Below are positions 1 to 8,524 of a stretch of 13,263 bases of DNA, piece after piece. The stretch covers positions 1 to 13,263 of the forward strand of contig NW_021826290.1 of the NCBI RefSeq assembly GCF_006345805.1. The letters run 5' to 3'. The notes under the pieces are model-generated. The model was not told where the DNA came from and searched no databases. It worked only from the letters and a program-made list of their open reading frames with translations. Both the position numbers and the translations under genes were made by a program. The DNA is from Octopus sinensis. Lineage: Eukaryota. Numbering within the stretch: position 1 is the stretch's first letter; each line of letters begins with the position of its first letter.

Positions 1-36
1 GTTGGTTAGCAAGCTACTTACCACACAGCCACTCCT
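1..36 (-). mobile_element. 5' head of a tRNA-derived SINE running off the left edge of the window
   Basis: Minus strand reads AGGAGTGGCTGTGTGGTAAGTAGCTTGCTAACCAAC, containing a Pol III A-box-like TGGCTGTGTGG. It resembles the head of a common octopus SINE (from recall). The B box and body lie outside the window. Confidence 0.55.
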
Positions 37-203
37 ATATATACATACATGTTATGGCCGGATAACTGAAGAGATAGAGTTTACACCAATAGCGTTTCCC
101 TTCTGCAAGCTCACCATAAATTAGCTGTTTCGGCATGCGTTCATCTGCCATTCGAACAATATGGCCTTACCATCTCAAATGGTTCCTCAAAATCATAGCC
201 TTA

Positions 204-799
204 ATTTTCTTTACTATCCACAAGGGGCTAAACACAGAGAGGACAAACAAGGACAGAAAAACGGATTAAGTCGATTATATCGACCCCAGTGCGTAACTGG
301 TCCTTAATTTATCGATCCCGAAAGGATGAAAGGCAAAGTCGACCTCGCGGAGTTTGAACTCAGAACGTAGCGGCAGACGAAATACCTATTTCTTTATTAT
401 CCAAAGGGGCTAAACACAGAGGGGACAAACAAGGACAGACATAGGTATTAAGTCGATTACATCGACACCAGTGCGTAACTGATACTTAATTTATCGACCC
501 CGAAAGGATGAAAGGCAAAGTCGACCTCGGCGGAATTTGAACTCACAACGTAACGGCAGACGAAATACCTATTTCTTTATTACCCACAAGGGGCTAAAGA
601 CAGAGGGGACAAACAAGGACAGACAAACGGATTAAGTCGATTATATCGATCCCAGTGCGTAACTGGTCCTTAATTTATCGACCCCGAAAGGATGAAAGGC
701 AAAGTCGACCTCGCGGAATTTGAACTCAGAACGTAGCGGCAGACAAAATACCGCTAAGCATTTCGCCCGGCGTGCTAACGTTTTTGCCAGCTCGCCGCC
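204..799 (-). mobile_element. tRNA-derived SINE (Meta/Sauria-like central domain) with one head and three tandem ~183 bp bodies
   Basis: Minus-strand head 799-753 GGCGGCGAGCTGGCAAAAACGTTAGCAC... carries the A-box region. Three near-identical units (570-752, 387-569, ~204-386) each contain a B-box-like GAGTTCAAA(T/C)TCC and GGTCGACTTTGCCTTTCATCCTTTCGGG(G/A)TCGATAAATTAAG, which resembles the Meta/Sauria-SINE core. The family assignment is from recall. Confidence 0.8.
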
Positions 800-849
800 C
801 TTCACCAGCGAAATACCATGTCAGTGATTGGTACACCACAAAGAGTGTG

Positions 850-1095
850 GAAGCTCGTATGTATATGTGCGTGGTGTGTGGGTGTGTGCGTTTGTGCGTG
901 TGCGAGTACGTGTTTGTTTTTGCACTTGTGTTTATCTCGCAACAGAGAGATTGGCAACCGGTGTTCTAAATAGCGGCTCTGCAATAAAAAAAATGTATAA
1001 GTACCAGGTTTAGACTTTAGAACAACGATTGATTTCAAAAACCTTCCTAGATGGAGCTCCAGCAAGGCCGCAGCTCAAAGACTGAAATATAAGAC
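850..1095 (+). mobile_element. Degenerate SINE relic (3' part)
   Basis: A (GT)n-like linker is followed by TTGGCAACCGGTGTT..TAGCGGCTCTGCAA..ATAAGTACCAGG..GCTCCAGCAAGGCCGCAG..GACTGAAA. This matches my recollection of the 3' half of an abundant octopus SINE. There is no second copy in the window to confirm it. Confidence 0.45.
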
Positions 1096-1180
1096 AAGAG
1101 GTAAAAAATAACAATCACTAGGAATTTTTTTTTCTATATTTACATCCTGTTACATTGCTCGCTGTATTATTTTTTACCTT

Positions 1181-1569
1181 GTGTGGAGGCGCAATGGCCC
1201 AGTGGTTAGGGCAGCGGACTCGCGGTCATAGGATCGCGGTTTCGATTCCCAGACCGGGCGTTGTGAGTGTTTATTGAGCGAAAACACCTAAAAGCTCCAC
1301 GAGGCTCCGGCAGGGGATGGTGGTGATCTGCTGTACTCTTTCACCACAACTTTCCTCTCACTCTTACTTCCGTTTTCTGTTGTACCTGTATTTCAAAGGG
1401 CCGGTCTTGTCACTCTCTGTGTCACGCTGAATATCCCCGAGAACTACGTTAAGGGTACACGTGTCTGTGGAGTGCTCAGCCACTTACACGTTAATTTCAC
1501 GAGCAGGCTGTTCCGGTGATTCGGATCAACCGGAACCCTCGTCGTCGTAACCGACGGAGTGCTTCCACA
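1181..1569 (+). mobile_element. Young tRNA-derived SINE, copy 1, full length
   Basis: A box TGGCCCAGTGG and B box GGTTTCGATTCCC are present. It is near-identical to three other copies in the window. 10 bp TSD TTTTTACCTT at 1171-1180 and 1570-1579. Confidence 0.93.
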
Positions 1570-1981
1570 TTTTTACCTTAAAGATATTCAACGGGTAAGT
1601 TGGCTACCCTTTCTAGTAGGTTTTGCAGGGGCTTATTAGATACTTCTCAAAAGTTTATCAGAAAATAGATAAATATTGGGGGAATAAACTGCCAAGAGGA
1701 AAAAAAAACTGCAAAGCAATAAAGTCAAAGGTTTGCTTATATCAGAAGGTAAGAAAAAAAATAGGGGCTGGCAGAAATTATGATAACAAGGGTGTAAAAG
1801 GCAGCATAAAAACAATGAGGGGGGTTAGGGTGTAAGAAATATATGATGATGAGGAGGGTGGTGACGATGAGAAATAAAAAGTGTTAGATGAGAAAGAAAG
1901 CTGGTGTTTGAAGATAATGTCGTAGCAAGAGACAAAATAAACAAAATGATACGCCTGCCATAATTTTGCTTGCTTGCGCGG

Positions 1982-3430
1982 GATTGTGTGTTTATGTATG
2001 TACGCATGCATGTATCAATGTATGTATGTATGTATGTATGTATGTATGTATGTATGTATGTATGTATGTATGTATGTATGTATGTATGTATGTATGTATA
2101 TGTGTGTATGTATGTTTGCATCTATCAATGTATGTATGTATGTATGTATGTATCAATGTATGTATGCATGTATGTACGTATTTATGTATGTATGTATGTA
2201 TGCATGCATGTATGTATGTGTGTATGCATGTATGTATGTATGTATGTATCAATGTATGTATGTGTGTATGTATGTATGTATGTATGTATGTATGTGTGTA
2301 TGTATGTATGTATGTATGCATGTATGTATGTGTGTATGTATGTATGTATGTATGCATGTATGTATGTATGTATGCATGCATGTATCAATGTATGTATGTA
2401 TGTATGTATGTAGGTATGTATGTATGTATGTATGTATGTATGTATGCATGCATGTATGTATGTATGTATGCATGTATGTATGTATGTATGTATCAATGTA
2501 TGTATGTATGTATGTATGTATGTATGTATGTATGTATGTATGTATGTGTGTATGCATGTATGTATGTATGTATGTATGTATGTGTGTATGTATGTATGTA
2601 TAAATGTATGCATGTATGTATGTATGTATGTATGTATGTACGTATGTGTGTATGTATGTATGTATGTATGCATGTATGTATGTGTGTATGTATGTATTTA
2701 TGTATGTATGCATGTATGTATGTATGTATGTATGCATGCATGTATCAATGTATGTATGTATGTATGTATGTATGTATGCATGCATGTATGTATCAATGTA
2801 TGTATGTATGCATGCATGTATGTATCAATGTATGTATGCATGCATGTATGTAAGTATGTATGTATGTATGTATCAATGTACGTATGTATGTATGCATGTA
2901 TGTATGTATGTATGTATGTATGTATGTATGTATGTATGTATGTGCATGTATGTATGTATTATGTATGTATTAGTATGTATGTATGCATGCATGCATGTAT
3001 GTATGTATGTATGTATGTATGTATGTATGTATGTATGTATGTATGCATGCATGTATGTATGTATATATGTATGTATGTATGTATGCATGTATGTAGTATG
3101 TATGTATGTATGTATGCATGTTGTATGTATGTATAAATGTATGCATGCATGTATGTATCAATGTATGTATGCATGCATGGTATGTATGTAATGTATGTAT
3201 GTTGTATGTATGATCAATGTACGTATGTATGTATGTATGTATGTATGTATGTATGCATGTATGTATGTATGTAAGTATGTATGTATGTATGTATGTATGT
3301 ATGCATGCATGTAAGTATGTATGTATGTATGTATGTAGTATGTATGTATGCATGCATGCATGTATGTATGTATAAATTGTATGTATGCATGTATGTATTA
3401 TGTATGTATGTATGTATGCATGTATGTATG

Positions 3431-3461
<31 letters not shown>

Positions 3462-4857
3462 TGCATGCAATGCTGTATGTATGTATGATTATGCGATTGT
3501 GTGTTATGTATGTACGCATGCATGTATCAGTATGTATGTATGTAGTATGTATGTATGTATGTATATGTGTGTGTGTAGATGTTTTTGCATGTATCAATGT
3601 ATGTATGTGTGTATGTATCAATGTATGTATGCAGTATGTACGTACGTATGCATGTATGCATGTATGCTGTATTGAATGTATGTATGTATTTATGTATGCA
3701 TGCATGTATGTATGTATGTATGCATGTATGTATGTATGTATGTATCAAAGTATGTATGTATGTATGTATGTATGTATGTGTGTATGCATGTATGTATGTA
3801 TGTATGTATGTATGTATGTGTGTATGTATGTATGTATAAATGTATGTATGTATGTATGTATGTATGTATGTATGTATGTATGTATGCATGTATGTATGTA
3901 TGTATGTATGTGTGTATGTATGTATGTATGCATGTATGTATGTGTGTATGTATGTATGTATGTATGTATGTATGTATGCATGTATGTATGTATGTATGCA
4001 TGCATGTATCAATGTATGTATGTATGTATGTATGTATGTATGTATGTATGTATGTATGCATGCATGTATGTATCAATGTATGTATGCATGCATGTATGTA
4101 AGTATGTATGTATGTATGTATCAATGTACGTATGTATGTATGTATGTATGTATGTATGCATGTATGTATGTATGTAAGTATGTATGTATGTATGTATGTA
4201 TGTATGTATGCATGTATGTATGTGTGTATGTATGTATGTATGTATGTATGTATGTATCAATGTATTCATGTATGTATGTATGTATGTATGTATGTGTGTA
4301 TGTATGTGTGTATGTATGTATGTATGTGTATGTATGTATGTATGTATGTATGCATGTATGTATGTATGTATGTATGTATGTATGTATGTATGCATGTATG
4401 TATGTATGTATAAATGTATGCATGCATGTATGTATCAATGTATGTATGCATGCATGTATGTAAGTATGTATGTATGTATGTATCAATGTACGTATGTATG
4501 TATGTATGTATGTATGTATGTATGTATGTATGCATGTATGTATGTATGTAAGTATGTATGTATGTATGTATGTATGTATGTATGCATGCATGCATGTATG
4601 TATGTATAAATGTATGTATGCATGTATGTATGTATGTATGTATGTATGTATGTATGTATGTATGCATGTATGTATGTATGTATGTATGTATGTATGTATG
4701 CATGCATGCATGTATGTATGTATGCATGCATGTATGCATGTATGTATGTATGTATGCATGTATGTATGTATGTATGTATGTATGTATGTATGCATGCATG
4801 CATGCATGTATGTATGTATGTATGTATGTATGTATGTATGTATGTATGCATGTATGT
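1982..4857. repeat. ~2.9 kb (TATG)n tetranucleotide array with CATG/TGTG/TATC-AATG variant units
   Basis: Directly visible. It is the source of all MYVC/HTYI ORFs. Confidence 0.98.
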
Positions 4858-4899
4858 CTATCTGTGTGAGTAACTTTTTAAACTTTATACTGTACATGC

Positions 4900-5113
4900 A
4901 TATGTATGTAGTTGTATGTATATATATATTTGATATATACATATATATCTATTTATACACACAGATGCAGACAGATAGATACACACACACATACACACAC
5001 ATATATATATATACACACACGCATATTTCTTTTAAATGGAAACATTTAAATAAGTATTACCCTACCCAGAATTAGAATCTCTATGAAGGAAACTCAGCAA
5101 TACCAATGTATAG

Positions 5114-5157
<44 letters not shown>

Positions 5158-5242
5158 TATATATGTGTGTGTGTGTGGTGTGCGCGCATATATATGTATG
5201 TGTGTGTGTGGTATGTATATATATATATGCATATATAATACA

Positions 5243-5294
<52 letters not shown>

Positions 5295-5295
5295 C
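4900..5295. repeat. Mixed (TA)n/(CA)n/(TG)n microsatellites with a short unique insert at ~5025-5115
   Basis: Directly visible dinucleotide tracts. Confidence 0.9.
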
Positions 5296-5585
5296 ACTTA
5301 TACATGGGTACATATTAAGTTCAACTGGCCCCGTTGAGCTTAACCTATGCACAATCAGATCTACTGACTAGAATTGAGGTGCTATGCATCAGAATTGGAA
5401 ATCCTGTGATATGGGTATATCTTCTACTTCAGTAATTACCTTTGTCTCACTGCACGAAGGAGATTTACCTTCCTCGTCAACTTATATACTAAAATGTAAT
5501 GCTTTTTGTGGTTACTGAGTCGTTTTGACTTTTATTTCTAGCAATGCTGTATCAATTGTACCCCTGTCACTGCAGTGTTGTGTCT

Positions 5586-5588
5586 TAT

Positions 5589-5620
<32 letters not shown>

Positions 5621-5947
5621 ATATTAATATATTATATATATAATATATAGATATATTATATATATAATATATATATATATATATCTATATATATATATAT
5701 ATATAATAATAATATTAGGGAATGAATCCAAAATTACAGGGAAAAATCAGATTTAGGGTTAAATCCAATTTTATAGTAAAATATTATATAATATAATTCG
5801 AGACAAAACCACTATTTTAAAACCAAACATTTGTAGTGCGGTTTATTTTATTTATATTAAAATTTTATGTATTGATTAAGTCTTTCCTTGTTTGGTTTTA
5901 AAATAGTGGTTTTGTCTCGAATTATATTATATATATATATATTATAT

Positions 5948-5994
<47 letters not shown>

Positions 5995-6013
5995 GTATAT
6001 ATATACATGTATG

Positions 6014-6107
<94 letters not shown>

Positions 6108-6120
6108 ATATATATATATA
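5586..6120. repeat. Two imperfect (TA)n tracts (5586-5715 and 5925-6120) flanking a fold-back insert
   Basis: Directly visible. Confidence 0.92.
5716..5933. mobile_element. Fold-back insert with a perfect 45 bp inverted repeat, putative Penelope-like element terminus
   Basis: 5785-5829 is the exact reverse complement of 5889-5933, with a 59 bp spacer. The left arm extends ~70 bp further as unique sequence. The insert is embedded in (TA)n. The PLE origin is inference. Confidence 0.55.
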
Positions 6121-6121
6121 T

Positions 6122-6578
6122 TCAAAATAATCAGCAAGGATATCCAGAGGTAGTGCAGTACGATCGTTTCATGCGACTTCCATTTAATTGAACAATGCAA
6201 ATATTAGATCAGTTTTAAAATGTAGAGCAATATTCAGCTGCATAAAAATATACAATTTAGTTAAATTCAAAGGATTCATTTGCATAGTTATTCTATAGAA
6301 TAGACTATACAAATGAATCCTTAGAATTTAACTAAATTCTATATTTTTATGCAGCTGAGGATTGCTTTACATTTTAAAACTGATGTAATATTTGCATTGT
6401 TCAATTAAATGGAGTCCCATGAAATGATCGTACTGCATTACCTCTGGATATCCTTGTTTCTTATTTTGATTGTAATGACCCCATTTTGAATTATATGGAT
6501 AATACCATACCAAATTCTGTTGCCTTTAACTTAAGTACCATATTCAACTGAATCTAAATTTTAAATTTTACTGAACTT
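6122..6578. mobile_element. Long spacerless palindrome (~174 bp arms) plus a ~110 bp one-sided extension, putative Penelope-like element terminus
   Basis: 6122-6295 and 6296-6469 are imperfect reverse complements centred on TATTCTA|TAGAATA. (TA)n flanks both sides. Both arms carry a hammerhead-like motif. Confidence 0.65.
6349..6438 (+). ncRNA. Candidate type I hammerhead ribozyme with a long stem II insert (partly decayed)
   Basis: ATGCAG-CTGAGGA-[59 nt]-GAAA-TGATC-GTA-CTGCAT gives a 6 bp stem I, a CUGANGA core, GAAA, a short palindromic stem III and a GUA cleavage triplet (6430-6432). The base of stem II is weak. A mirror copy lies on the minus strand at ~6154-6243. Confidence 0.5.
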
Positions 6579-6811
6579 ATATATATATATTTATATGCAT
6601 ATACTTATATATAATGAATGTATATGCTTATCAGATCATCAGAGATGATCTGAGACTAAGTTGCATCAACTACTACTACTGCTACTTGGCTAGTTTACCT
6701 GCCAAATATAATAACCTAAATTCTATCAAATCATGCCTCACCGTTTCAATAAATGGAATGGCACATTGGATAATATATTCCTAGATATGCATAACGTTTG
6801 AAAACGAAAAT

Positions 6812-6829
6812 TATCTATGTATCTAGCTA

Positions 6830-6913
<84 letters not shown>

Positions 6914-6930
6914 ATCTATCTATCTATCTA

Positions 6931-6977
<47 letters not shown>
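6812..6977. repeat. Compound microsatellite (TATC)n-(TC)n-(TA)n
   Basis: Directly visible. Confidence 0.97.
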
Positions 6978-6990
6978 GAATACATATATA

Positions 6991-7158
6991 CCGGAGTAAG
7001 CACATAAATGTGAAACAAGGTGGAAAAAAGAGTACTCAAATACCAGAGGTAGAGTAATATGCTTTATTTAAAAGCAGCAGAAATATAACAAAAGCTCTTA
7101 CTCAGAGTTTCACGTTCCCGTTCGTCGGAGAGTTTTGCTAAAATAGAACAGAAATATC
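6991..7158 (-). mobile_element. Short hammerhead-containing insert between TA-rich tracts, putative Penelope-like element terminal fragment
   Basis: A unique ~170 bp segment whose minus strand reads hammerhead motif, AATAAA, TACCTCTGG motif and then runs into TA repeats. Confidence 0.55.
7087..7139 (-). ncRNA. Minimal type I hammerhead ribozyme motif (U4C core variant)
   Basis: Minus strand: AGCAAAACTCT-CCGACGA-ACG(GGAA)CGT-GAAA-CTCTGA-GTA-AGAG(C)TTTTGTT. Stem I is ~11 bp with one bulge, stem II is 3 bp with a GNRA loop, and stem III ACTC/GAGT is near-palindromic. The GUA triplet predicts cleavage between 7099 and 7098. Confidence 0.72.
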
Positions 7159-7252
7159 ATATATCTATATATGTATATATATTTACACGCACACACATAA
7201 CTATATGCATACATATGCATATACTTATACACACAGATATATATATATATAA

Positions 7253-7498
7253 TATAAAATAAGGGCAAGAGAAAAATTCTAATGCCCAATATGCCGAAAA
7301 AAAGACAAAATTGTCAATAACCATTATAATTTATAATGGTTATTGACAACTTTGTCTTTTTTTCGGCATATTTGGCATTAGAATTTTTCTCTTGCCTATT
7401 TTATAAGTTATTTATAAATTTAACCTTTAAAGGTATTTTTTGATATGCTGGCCATTGATAAAATCTTTTTCTTTCGAAAAAATTTTATCCTATATTAG

Positions 7499-7500
<2 letters not shown>
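7253..7500. mobile_element. Palindrome (~76 bp arms, 1 nt centre) plus a ~95 bp one-sided extension between (TA)n tracts
   Basis: 7253-7329 and 7331-7405 are reverse complements differing by two substitutions and one 2 bp indel, with centre CCATTATAA-T-TTATAATGG. The architecture matches the 6122 insert. Confidence 0.6.

Positions 7501-7554
<54 letters not shown>
7500..7554. repeat. Perfect (TA)n microsatellite
   Basis: Directly visible. Confidence 0.98.
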
Positions 7555-7556
<2 letters not shown>

Positions 7557-8279
7557 GTGATTTATTGAAATCATCTCCACTTCTATATGAAGTATTGTAA
7601 ATACCAAATACCAATTGAGACCAGCTTCCCACGAGAAGGTGTATTACTTTCTGGCATCAGAAAGTAATTCCACAAAGTTGACTTGCCTTTCAGGAAAATA
7701 ATAGTCTTATCATCAGCAGAGTTGTGACCAGTTGTTGCAGTCAAAAGGTGATATCAGCTTGATAATCCTCTTAATTGGGGCACTTTTTCACTTATAATTC
7801 AGCATTTAACGCCTAGGTAATTTGCATAATTTAAACAAAAATGAATTAAGAGAATTATCTCAGAGTGGCCAGTAAGCATGTATTTGAAGAACATGGACAA
7901 ATAGATCAATATATTAAAAGTTATTGGATAAATAAGGGTATATACGTGAAATACAGACAGTGACTCAAGCACTCATGAAATCTTTCGGGTAACATTTTTG
8001 ATAGAAGGGGAAATAATCCAGTAAATCTCAAATATTTCACACGAATTAAAAATCCAGGAAATGTCCATGATAATCAATCACAGTCTAACGTAAATAAATA
8101 AATGAATGATGATATTGCTATCACATTAATTATCCGGTTACGATCGTTTCAATAACAGGTGAGATAGTTATATCATTTGAAACACTGGAACGTATATACG
8201 CAATATTTATGCAAGAACATGCGATTTTACGATATTAGAGCAAAACTCGAGCCTGCGTTTGCGATGGAGAGGGTTACAC

Positions 8280-8345
8280 GATTAGATCGACCTCTGCAAC
8301 CAGCTTGAGTTTTATTTTTTCGAACCCTGTTTGTTAAAAGGCAGC
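8280..8345 (-). mobile_element. Highly decayed fragment of the SINE family at 204-799
   Basis: GATTAGATCGACCTC..TTATTTTTTCGAACCC..AAAAGGCA aligns by eye with unit sequence GATTATATCGACCCC..TTAATTTATCGACCCC..GAAAGGCA. Confidence 0.4.
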
Positions 8346-8407
8346 ACAAATACCACAAAGCACTTTTCTACACCACTGTATGCCCGCCAATTTAATCCAC
8401 CTGCCCT

Positions 8408-8524
8408 CCTACCTACCTACCTACCTACCTACCTACCTACCTACCTACCTACCTACCTACCTACCTACCTACCTTCATACCTACCTACCTACCTTCATAC
8501 CTACCTACCTACCTACCTACCTAC
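8408..8524. repeat. (CCTA)n microsatellite
   Basis: Directly visible. It is the source of the LPTY ORFs. Confidence 0.97.

Noticed and set aside
204-752. CRISPR array or hammerhead retrozyme interpretation of the 183 bp tandem
   Set aside because: There are no unique spacers, and I found no CUGANGA..GAAA core on either strand of the unit.
1185-1260. Functional tRNA gene at the SINE heads
   Set aside because: A and B boxes are present, but there is no proper cloverleaf or local acceptor stem, and the sequence continues into a TSD-flanked SINE body.
1623-1835. 70 aa lysine-rich ORF
   Set aside because: It has a non-ATG start, simply reflects A/G-rich low-complexity sequence, and shows no recognisable domain.
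1966-5075. Many long ORFs (MYVC/HTYI repeats, up to 298 aa)
   Set aside because: These are translations of (TATG)n, which lacks stop codons in most frames. There is no protein-like complexity.
6631-6653. 10 bp perfect hairpin TCAGATCATC-AGA-GATGATCTGA containing CTGATGA on the minus strand
   Set aside because: No GAAA/stem III partner follows. An isolated short hairpin is not interpretable.
6690-6790. Faint inverted similarity to 12030-12125 (possible ancient repeat)
   Set aside because: Too diverged to support by eye. It needs a profile search against a repeat library.
7644-7667. 10 bp hairpin TTACTTTCTG-GCAT-CAGAAAGTAA
   Set aside because: Isolated and AT-rich with no supporting context. 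A bacterial terminator reading does not apply to this eukaryotic DNA.
7672-7725. Minus-strand CTGATGA...GAAA..GTC hammerhead-like string
   Set aside because: Stem I and stem III cannot pair, so it is a chance match, partly overlapping a decayed SINE-like motif.
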